DNA of 63,852 nucleotides, counting the filler, from Aduncisulcus paluster (Eukaryota), in the NCBI GenBank assembly GCA_024181965.1. It is 11 parts of 11 records of this genome, joined end to end, with 100 filler letters (N's around TTAATTAATTAA, not from the genome) between each part and the next. Parts side by side here need not be neighbours in the genome. Positions count along the whole stretch, not along the records: positions 50,514 to 52,505 come from BQXS01010158.1; positions 52,606 to 57,730 come from BQXS01010159.1; positions 57,831 to 60,910 come from BQXS01010160.1; positions 61,011 to 63,852 come from BQXS01010164.1; 7 more parts are not named here. One strand, 5' to 3'. Position 1 is the first letter of the stretch; each line of letters begins with the position of its first letter. Of the stretch, positions 50,768 through 61,454 are shown one piece after another. The position numbers and the translations under genes are program-made. The notes under the pieces are model-generated. The model searched no databases, was not told the DNA's origin, and worked only from the letters and a program-made list of their open reading frames with translations.

Positions 50768-52505
50768 ATGAGTTCATCCACAGATGCTGTTATTCAAACT
50801 GTAGAACCTGAGTTTGTTCATGAAGGAGAATACTCTTGTTGTCCAATTCCTAGAGATGCCCCCAATATTAAGAGTGCAGCATTTCCAACTATCAAAGCAA
50901 TAGATGGAACCAAGGAAGAAGGAGATGAATACTACGATCAGAGTTCTTATGCACAAAAGATGATGAAAGGAGAGTATAATGTTGGACATTTTACCCATAT
51001 CTCCATTCCTTTCTCTTCATCTTCCTCAATGAAAGGGGCTTATATTTGTCTAAATGATGAATTTTTACTCCCATCACATCTTATCTTCACTCTCACATCT
51101 TCAAAGGGTGATAAAACATCCAAGAAATACGAATTTCCTGAATTTAAAGGTCATCATTGGTATTTCCTTCCTGTTGATCTCCCTGATGTTGTTCTGTGTG
51201 AGATTACAGGGAAAGGAAGAGAGGAAGAGTATTTTAGAATCGACTCCCTTGATTTCATTAGTAGAGAAGAAACTCCTGAAGAAATCAAATCTCGTGAAGC
51301 CAGAGAGAAACTATGGTCTGAAGCTCCAGTTGTGAAACCAGAGTTTGTTAAGGAAGGAGATAAAGAATCTAAAGGTAGAGATTCTATTCCCATTCCACGA
51401 GATGATCCAAAGCTTGTAGATCCTTCATTCTCAATTGTTAAGTGCAAGAATGATGCATTTAGTAAGGAATCTGTGTGTTATGATCAGAGTTCAGATGCAC
51501 AAGAAATGTTAAAAGGGGAAGATTATGTATCCTTATCCGACTGTTATGTAGAACCACCCCATCTGTGGTGGAGCTTTTTTTCCCTGACACATCTTTCCAT
51601 TCCTTTCCCATCACCTAGTCCAATGAAAGGTGCTTATATCTGTGTGATTAAGGATTATAGTTCACCCTCTCTTCTCTTCACTTTCACTGATTGTGATGGT
51701 AAGAAGACATTCAAGAAGTATGAATTCACAAGACCTAAACATCATTTTGAATGGCACTTCCTTCCTATTGATTTGAATAACGTTGTATTGTGTGAGATTG
51801 AAGGGAAAGGAATGTGGAAGTGGAAGAATGATAGAAGTTTCAACATCTACTCCCTTGTTTTCCTTCGAGGTGATGATATTCCCACCTCTCCTCCTCTTCT
51901 TACTCCTGTTTCTGTTCCTTCCATTTCCTCAAAGACACCCACATCAACTCTGTCTTTGCCATCAAAACCTGTGAAAGAAGAAGCTGTGAAAGAAGCTGTG
52001 AAAGAGGAAGAAGAAGAAAAGACAGAATCTCGGGAAAAGAAAGATATTCCTTCAAGATCAAAACAACAAACAGAATCACTCACTCAAGAAACAAAGACAT
52101 CTGAACCTACCAAATCCAACCCAAACCAACCAACTTCTTCTACTCCTTCTCAACACCCCATTCCTGTCCCACTCCCTCAGACCTTGACTTCCTCCTGTAC
52201 CATTACTCCTCTTTGTATCATTGGGAAAGGTGGGTTCGGTGTTGTTATCCTTGCTCGTGTCGAATACCCTGCTTCATACTGCTCGCCTCCTGTGTTGTGT
52301 GCTCTGAAGTGTATGAAGAACAAAGAGTCATGTGAAGACAATGAGAAATGTGTGAAAGACATGAAGAAAGAATTCTCTCGTCAGCATCGGTTGTATTTCA
52401 AATCATCATTACAAAGCTGTATCCCTCGTCCTCTGCATATGCTTGATCTTCTCGATGGTGATCTGAAAGGAACATTAGGCATCATGATGGAGTTCTGTCA
52501 AGGTG
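50768..52505 (+). CDS. Two DOC/APC10-like repeats + P/S/E-rich linker + kinase N-lobe, 3'-truncated
   Basis: Same repeat consensus as the 7078 and 17940 genes; IIGKGGFGVV, CALKCM, IPRPLHMLDLLD..GIMMEFCQG. Confidence 0.88.
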
Positions 52506-52605
52506 NNNNNNNNNNNNNNNNNNNNNNNNNNNNNNNNNNNNNNNNNNNNTTAATTAATTAANNNNNNNNNNNNNNNNNNNNNNNNNNNNNNNNNNNNNNN
52601 NNNNN

Positions 52606-53293
52606 TTTCTAATGCGGAGGTTTCGCGAAGAGAAGTCCAAGAAATCGATGTTTCAAGAGCATTCATCAAAAACGAGAAGAATTCATCGGCATCTTGCTGT
52701 TTGTGGAATCCACGCTCAGTCTTTTCATTAAACTGTGAAAAAGATCTCAAAATTTGAATGAAACGAGTGGGACTTGAATAACTATCCTTACCCTTTTCGC
52801 GAGTTTTCTGTAATCTCTCTGAGAGGGAGATAAACTCAAATGCAAGCTTTCCAAGTTGGTTTTGGGGCAATGAAGACTTAGATATCCTTGAAAGTAGATT
52901 TTTTAATCCAAGACAACCGTTCAAAAGAGCTTGAATTGTAGCATTTGCATAACAAGTGTTTCCAAGGTTAACTAAACCAACAGGAGGGTTAACTTGAAGA
53001 GCTTCTTTCTTAATTTCTTCCTCTTTTGGTGGAATGTAGTCAGAGAATAACTCATGACTGGATCCAATCATCTCGAGTCTAGATCCATTTTTAATCTCGA
53101 CTTCACCGAGTATATCTTCATCCTGAAGCATGGCATAATCTTTACATCCGAAAATCATTTGGTATTCAATTGGAACTTCAGTTAAGCTCATGACTTGAAC
53201 CTTGAACTCACCTCCAGAACGACTAGTATTGGTCTCGATAGTAAATACTTCTTTACCCCATTTTAGAAAAACAGAAATATCTTCTATTTTCAT
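52606..53293 (-). CDS. USP14: Proteasome-associated deubiquitinase USP14/Ubp6, N-terminal part
   Basis: UBL domain (VFLKWGKE..FKVQVMSLTEVP..LEMIGS), Cys box PVGLVNLGNTCYANATIQ, and QQDADEF. Confidence 0.9.
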
Positions 53294-53592
53294 TATTATT
53301 CTCTTGTGACAAGGAAAACAAAAAAAATCGGGTGGACTTGAAGAATGAAAGATTATGAATCGATATGGATAGTCAAGCTTATATTTAATAATTTATAGAA
53401 CATAATATCTTTAAAATCATCCATCAATTTCGAATATACTCGTTATTTCTCTGTAGAGGTAGAACTTAATAAATTACTTTTTATTATAAAAGATAGAATA
53501 ATAAAAATGAACGAGGAAAAAAATAAATGCATTTTTTAATAATTATTATAATTTTAACATGTAATACAGAAACAGGCTTCTTTCTCGTCCCA

Positions 53593-55184
53593 ATGGAATT
53601 ATTGAAAGAAAAACATTATGAATTTATAATATCCGAATCCTATAAAAGTGAAGATAAGTTTTCTTTTTGGTGGTCGGAATATTTAAGAGTGTCAGGATGC
53701 TTTTGGGGCCTTTCTGCCTTGTATCTCCTTGATATTGGAAAAGATTCGGAATATATTACGAAAGAAAAAGTAGTAGAATTTGTGAAATCGTGTTATGATA
53801 AGAAGGCTGGAGGTTTTGGTGGATTTCAGGGACATGATGCTCATATTTTATATTCAACTTCTGCTCTCCAATTATTGGCCCTCTTTGACGCATTAGATTC
53901 CATTGAAGAGTATAAACCTGACATTTTATCCTGGTTATCCTCTCTTCAACGTTCTGATGGTAGCATTCGCGGAAGTGTCACTGATGGGGATGTTGACAAT
54001 AGATTTTCAATGTGCATGATGATCTGTCTATCTATATTGGGTCAATTATCAATAGATAAACCATCCAATCTCGATGAAAAAGGGTCAGATCATTGTCATG
54101 ACACTTCCTCTGTTCCATCTAAATCATTTTTATACACTACAAGTCCAATTATTGATTGTTCAAAGGCCGCAGAGTTCATAATGTCGTGTTATAATGAGAC
54201 AGATGGTGGATTTGGAGCCAGACCAGGTGCTGAGAGTCACGGAGGTCAAATGTATTGTTGTATTGGATCCCTGTGTGCCCTTCGTCGTCTTGGCCAATAT
54301 TTCAATCCATATTTAGATCATTCCTCAAAATTAAAAGGTTCTTCTCACGTATCATGTTCATCTTGTTCTCATCGTCTCACAAAGACCTATTTATGGTTTA
54401 GTGAGAGACAATTACCTTGCGGTGGACTTAACGGTCGCCCTGAGAAGAAAGAGGATGTATGTTATTCATGGTGGCTCATATCCGGATATAGCATCTTGAG
54501 AAAGATGGAATCTATATGGACTCTTGAATCTGATACTGAATCTACGCAGGAAGATGATAAAGAAAAAGATGATAAAGAAAAAGAAAAAGAAGAGCCAACT
54601 CCTGAACAACAACAACTTGACGATGGAGGATATATAGATTATTTGTCTCTTCAGAGGTTTATTTTGTCCTGTCAAGATATTGAGAGTGGTGGGATAGCCG
54701 ACAGACCTGAAGATATGCCCGATCTGTATCATCTTTTCTTTGGNNNNNNNNNNNNNNNNNNNNCGGTCGCCCTGAGAAGAAAGAGGATGTATGTTATTCA
54801 TGGTGGCTCATATCCGGATATAGCATCTTGAGAAAGATGGAATCTATATGGACTCTTGAATCTGATACTGAATCTACGCAGGAAGATGATAAAGAAAAAG
54901 ATGATAAAGAAAAAGAAAAAGAAGAGCCAACTCCTGAACAACAACAACTTGACGATGGAGGATATATAGATTATTTGTCTCTTCAGAGGTTTATTTTGTC
55001 CTGTCAAGATATTGAGAGTGGTGGGATAGCCGACAGACCTGAAGATATGCCCGATCTGTATCATCTTTTCTTTGGAGTCGCTGGATTGGCTCTGATAGGG
55101 GATCCAAGAGTGAAAAGAATATCGCCAATATATGCTTTGCCTCAAGAAATTGTAGATAGATTGATGTTAGTATCTGAATTATGA
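53593..55184 (+). CDS. RABGGTB: Rab geranylgeranyltransferase beta subunit (Bet2); duplicated overlap at gap 54744-54763
   Basis: EYLRVSGCFWGL, GHDAHILYSTSALQ, GGFGARPGAESHGGQ, ERQLPCGGLNGRPEKKEDVCYSWW, GGIADRPEDMPDLYH. Confidence 0.93.
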
Positions 55185-55820
55185 TCTGATTAATTGATAT
55201 ATTAATATCCCAATAAAATAGAATTTTTGAATGAATAAAATGAGAAAATACTGATTTCTGTTGCAGTGTTGACGAATTCTAAATACACAGCAAATTGAAG
55301 ATTTTCTACTCAGTAGAATACAAGGCTTGTAAAGGAATGATCTTCAAGATCTCAAGTTGAGATCACACGTCAAACAAATTCAATTGGGCACTCAATCTGT
55401 TAAACCCCCACTTTATGTGGTAATGAATGGAGTTGAAGTCATGATAATATTCGGACTGTCAAGCAAACCGGGACAATTGGAGACGGATTTGGACAAAAGT
55501 ACAACCACCAATGATACAATGCATTCATGAAAAACTAATTGGACATATTTTAATGATAATAAATTTTAACAAAACAATTATCATTTAGTTTCTTCATTTT
55601 ATGTCATGTCCATGGCTGTATCGATTGATTTAAGCTATCTCGTTAGGGAGCATGGTAATATCGAATTAAATAAAATCCACACAATATTGTTTCATAATGC
55701 CAGGATTTTATCCCGACAGAATTTCCACTCATACAATTAACGACTCTGAAATACATACCTCCCACGTTTGAACACAATAGAGAACCCAGAACGGGATATT
55801 TTATTTTCAATTCAATCGAT

Positions 55821-57730
55821 ATGTTTGCCACTTTAAATCCTTCCTATTTCTGGTCAAAAATGTTTCCAATTGACAATTCTCAAGAAAGTGTGTCTCATGA
55901 CTGTTTCTATTCTCCTTTTCATGAAGGTCTCACTGTCCACTCAGCTCATTTCACTGATGCTGACATGTATGCCTCTTTAACACAAGCATACTACGCTGGA
56001 TCTATTTGCCCCGATGCTTCTCATATCTGGCGTTATGATTCCGATATCTCTGTCTCTAATGCCAATATTGGACTTTCCTTAACTCTTAACTCTTGTCACA
56101 GTTCTGGTTTTACCAACCTTTCTGTTGATAAATCTCTATTCCCATTCCCATTTCAATATTCATCAACACGTGAAGAATGTGGCTATCATCAACATTCTTT
56201 ACTGCCACATCCACTTGGCGGCAATTCACTTCTCCTTCTCTCCTTTCTTCTTTTCCTTGTTGCTGCTCTCTCCATCACTCTTGTTGCCATTGGTCTGGTC
56301 GTTAGAATGAGGTCTTCTATTCCCACCATCCTCATCTTCTTGGTTGTTCTGAGTCTGTCCTTCCAGTCTGTCCTTTGTGATGGATATTTGTCCAATGAAT
56401 GTTCCATGTATATCTCTGAAGACGACCATTTGGAGTGCAATGAGGTATATCCTGGTCGTTATGCAGCCGAGTGTGAGGAAGGGTATTATTATGACCAAGG
56501 AGAGTATTCTTGTGTTTATGATACCAATACTGACTGTCCCAGTGACATGAATGATCATCAAATGTGTGTCAAAACAGCAGATGGTGATGTTATTACATCT
56601 GATTGTCGATCTGCCTGGTATGGTGATGATTGTGACCAGTTATATTCCGTTCATATCCCTGATAAGTTGTTCAGAGGTAAAGTGTGTGATTATGCCGGAT
56701 ATGATATTACAATCGATCCATTGTGTGATGTGTCAGAGTTTGAAATGGCTGGTATAAATGGGAATTTTTTTTCATATAATTCCCATATTACGTCCATTGA
56801 AGGTGCTCAGTATTTGATAAACATTTATTATTTCTATGGACGCGATACAGATGTAACATCAGTTTACCCTATTTCTTTCCTTGAACAACTATCATACTTA
56901 TATTTTCATCAGGATTCAACTACCTATAATGTCAATATTTATGATCTCAATTCCTTGTTCACATTGAATAGATTGTATACATCGGCTATTTTTGGGAATG
57001 AACAAATCTATGATATATCTGTCTCATTTAGGAATGTTGGATTGTATAAGATGTTTATTGCGAATACATATGATTCTGGATTCACACCTCTCTGTAGATC
57101 AGAATCTGATCCCGAATATTGGACATTTATAGCTACTATCTTTCCAATTCATTCCTCAGACAATAAGGATAAATACTATATTCCCAATAGCTGTCCTCTC
57201 AACTCTGATCCTGGAAATACCCCATATAACTGTGATACTTCAAATGCTTCATGCCCTTCCATCGTTCTGAATGAGGTGTACAACAGTGTGGATGGTGTGA
57301 ACGAGAAACAATGTGCATTCATTGCGAAAGAAGGGAGCAGTGGTGAGTGTTACACTGTTCATGACGATTCAATTCGACAATATCTGAAGGATCAGTGTCT
57401 TTCCACGAGTGGTGTTGAATCAAATGGTGTCATCAGTGTTGCCACCATGAGGAATGATTTGACATGTACTTCATTGTCGCTTCCTTCCATTGCCACAGAT
57501 AGGGGGATATCTTTGAATTCCATCACAACCCTGCAAGGTCTTGAGTATGCCACTTCACTGACCTCTCTGACCATTGATGGGTATGACTTGAGTGGAGATA
57601 TTAATTCCAATGCTGAGTATGATAAGTTGGTTGTTCAGATCTTGGCAAAGGCTGTGACATATTCGAATGATTATGGATCCATTGATTCTGGTCTGAGGAT
57701 ATTATCTGCGAGTGGGTGTGGATTGAGTGC
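55821..57730 (+). CDS. LRR + EGF/Cys-rich surface protein with N-terminal extension and two hydrophobic segments, 3'-truncated
   Basis: Hydrophobic LLLLSFLLFLVAALSITLVAIGLVV and ILIFLVVLSLSFQSVLC; CRSAWYGDDC, ITSIEGAQYL, CPSIVLNEVY, ITTLQGLEYA. Confidence 0.85.
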
Positions 57731-57830
57731 NNNNNNNNNNNNNNNNNNNNNNNNNNNNNNNNNNNNNNNNNNNNTTAATTAATTAANNNNNNNNNNNNNN
57801 NNNNNNNNNNNNNNNNNNNNNNNNNNNNNN

Positions 57831-60054
57831 CTTCTAATTCTGCTTCAGTTCCGGCTAAAATAGATGAGTGTTTATCACGTGATGAGGAAGAAAGTTCGTC
57901 AACACTGAGTACAACTGTTTCATCCGCTGAGAGTATTCGAGGTCTTATGGCGAAGAAATTCGAAGGCGGAATTGATGGATTGATGTTATTTTGGCTTGGA
58001 GAACGTGGAAAACGGATCACTCAGAAAAATGATAAACAGCACAATCAACTTACTGCTGAGTTCTCAGAGTTAGAAGATACTGATGGTCATGGACCCGTCG
58101 CTTGTACCACCATTGATGATATATCTGAGCCTCGGCCAGGTCTTATGATTCATTCAATCGATGGAATTGCTCCATTCTTCCCCAAGATGTGTCACCATTC
58201 GCCATGTTTGCCTGTGCTAACTTCTTTGATCCACGTATCTCTAAGTATCTTATTATATCTATTCCCAGTTATTAATACTGCTCCTCATCATCATCCAGGA
58301 TCTCTCTATTCCTCCTCCTCTTCTTCTTCCTCTTCTTCTTCTTCTGCTTCTTCTTCTGCTTTTTTCTCTACAGGTGCTGATTCTAAGCCATATTTGTCAT
58401 CGGTCTCTCTTATTGTGAAAGGAAGGACATGCATAGAAGTTGGTATTGCTTCACTCAAAGTTCTTACTAATGGTTTGTTTGAAGGCTCTTTGTTGATGCG
58501 GGTATGCATTTTAAAGATGTTGGGGGCTATGTGGTTTTACAAAGTTCAGTTATTATTGACCCGATTCTTATCCCTCGTGTGCATGTATGGGTCTATCTTC
58601 TCAACAGAATACACTCCTGATGAAATACAGGGCAAAGATTGTCAAAGTACGGTGTTTTCACAGGTGGCATCACATTCATTGACCCAGGCTGTCGATTTGA
58701 CTGCAAATTTCCTTGAGTGTTGTCTAATGCTCCTGCGAAACTCTTTGTGGAGAGTCTCTTCAGCCAGATCTACATCTGTTTCAACGTGTACTGCGCCAGA
58801 AGAACCCATAACCTCTGAAGTAGAGAAGGAAATGGAGAGATGTTTGTATTGTCTTGATGGAGAAAAGAGACTTGACAGAGCTTTTTCTCTATTGGAAAAT
58901 GTCTGGAACGATGTTCTTGTTGAAGGTAAGACAAGAGATGATGAGTCAATAGGGAGAAGAGGAAAAGAAGGAAGAAGAGGAAAAGAAGGAAGAAGAGGAG
59001 GAGGAGAGGAAGAGGAAAAAGAAGAAGAGGAAGAGGAGAATGATTTTAATTGGGTTTTGGGTAAAGAATCCATGAAATCNNNNNNNNNNNNNNNNNNNNA
59101 AATGTCTGGAACGATGTTCTTGTTGAAGGTAAGACAAGAGATGATGAGTAAATAGGGAGAAGAGGAAAAGAAGGAAGAAGAGGAAAAGAAGGAAGAAGAG
59201 GAGGAGGAGAGGAAGAGGAAAAAGAAGAAGAGGAAGAGGAGAATGATTTTAATTGGGTTTTGGGTAAAGAATCCATGAAATCCAGATCATTTGACTCTCT
59301 TGAAAATAATTCAGTTTCCATTTCCTTTGATAGTGGATTTATTAGAGATATGTGGTGTAATATGTACTTGCTTCAGCGCAAAGAAATGTCTTCCATGATG
59401 AAGATATTGGTAACTGAGTCTAAATGGCAAGATATTCAGACATTTGGTCACATTACTCCTGAGGAAAGAACAAAAGAACATCTTGGAGGACCTCCACACA
59501 AGCCAACTGTGGCAAACAACAGTTCTGATAGCATTCTCGTCGGTGGAGAATCCTCTTCTTCCCTTGTTTCCAAACAAATACCGTATTCTTTCCTTTTGTT
59601 CCCAATTGGTGCATTTATTGTGCATTTATTGAACACTTCAAGTTATATCCTATTTTCTTTCATGAGACAAATGCGAGAAGGGCACCGTGCGTTGCTTTCA
59701 TCATCTTTGGAGCCTAGTCCATTATACGTTATCCCTGTTCTTGAAGCCATTATCCACCAACTTAACGCCTGTTTCTTAAATTTAGGGTATAGACTTGACC
59801 AGGCCTTTTCATTTTCTTCCGTTTTCAACATGATCGTCTTACTGCACTTTGCTTCTTCATTCGACACGCTCTGTGAAGGTGTTGCCATCGATGTGGTGTG
59901 TAAGTTCTTCACATCTCACGATCTTAAGGAAGAGGAGAGAGGAGAGGTCGTGAAACTTCTTGTAAGTCTTGAGTATCAGTTGAAAAGGAAAAGATGTGGG
60001 AAAACTTACATTCATAAACTGAAGGAAATGAAAGATTCTCTCTTGAGAAAGTGA
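57831..60054 (+). CDS. Unknown helical protein with S- and E-rich tracts, 5'-truncated; duplicated overlap at gap 59080-59099
   Basis: ORFs 57947-59155 and 59260-60054 are colinear once the duplicated ~58898-59079 / 59100-59282 block is collapsed. Confidence 0.7.
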
Positions 60055-60734
60055 AGTGGGTATATTGCATAGTAAGTGTATTTACAAGCCAGGCACATGT
60101 ATGATATGACATCGGATGGTCTTTGATTGTTAAGAATAAGTAAAAATGTGTTAAAAGGGGTTAAATTTTTTCGAAAACGGAGAAACAGAATTGAATTCTT
60201 TAAAACACAATCCCGACAGAATTTGGGATATAAAAGTTGGAGTCCAAAAAAACAATGCATATTTATATCCCAATAAATCTCCCAAAAGTATGAAATTATG
60301 CATTATACTCGCCATTCTGGCATTCATTTTCCTATCTCTGGATGTCAACAATATTATCAAATATAGATGTTTTTTATTTCACAGATTTATACATTTATAT
60401 CACACTCATGGCATGGACTTCCTTGGTTATATTGTCAATATCGATATAATTGGAGTTTGAAAAGAATTGCCCATTTTCTCCTTGTTATGAACAACACCCC
60501 ATTTTTTTGAGGGGATATTTTCAATTATAATTTCATACTTCCTGTGAAATATAGTTAAATGGCTCCAATTGATTCAACCATGGCCAATGAAAAAATGAGT
60601 ATACTCTATTTTGTGAGGTGACACGGCTTGTTCTCTGAGATACAGGTGATCAATCACTATTTTTCCCGTGAAGAATTATACCGATTTTGAAAAGGGATAT
60701 TTTTCGATATAACTCTCTTTAAATATTATTATTT

Positions 60735-60872
60735 ATGCGCCCAATTCATTCAAAGTCGGACTCAACCACGTATCGAGTTTCAGAAGACTCTCCTGCCAAG
60801 GACGAAAAAAGTGAAGATGAATCATCCAATGAATCGTTATTTCCAAGCTCAACTTATACTAGTTTAAACCCT
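60735..60872 (+). CDS. Probable first exon of an unknown gene; intron donor at 60873, scaffold ends at 60910
   Basis: ATG after an AT-rich upstream region, S/E-rich 46 codons, then a phase-0 GTATGT and T-rich sequence as in the other introns. Confidence 0.5.
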
Positions 60873-61454
60873 GTATGTTTACAATTTCTTTGTTTTGCCC
60901 GATTTAGATGNNNNNNNNNNNNNNNNNNNNNNNNNNNNNNNNNNNNNNNNNNNNTTAATTAATTAANNNNNNNNNNNNNNNNNNNNNNNNNNNNNNNNNN
61001 NNNNNNNNNNATATATATCGCATTTACTGACATACCATCTTAATGACGAATTTTAATACGAATTTCCACACAGTTTGATGGTTAATTTGTGTTTTTCTTC
61101 AACTTGAACTTTTTTGGTGCTGGGGTTTGTCCTGAGGATTGAGATTAAGAAAGGGTATTAATGTTTAGTAAATATCATCTGTTTTTGTCTTCTTTCATGA
61201 TCTTCCCTTGTATTACTGTCCAAAACAATCCAAATAATCCAAAACAGAAAACAGTCATTCTCGTGCTGATTGTGAAATAAAATTCAAATATTGTGGAATA
61301 GTATTTATATCCAGATGTATTTAGAAAGATTGACATTTGAAATCATCTCAATTCTCGACAATTATGAAAATCATCCTTTCCCCGATGGTCTAAGAATAAT
61401 ATTCCACCCTTTTTGAAAATATTATCCTTTCAAATTAATTATATTCCCCCACCG

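Larger units (their letters stand above)
3807..61010. other. Ten artificial scaffold linkers N-TTAATTAATTAA-N (cores at 3851, 25103, 35282, 38621, 40789, 48163, 50458, 52550, 57775, 60955)
   Basis: Identical 12-mer with stops in all six frames, flanked by equal N runs. Confidence 0.97.
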
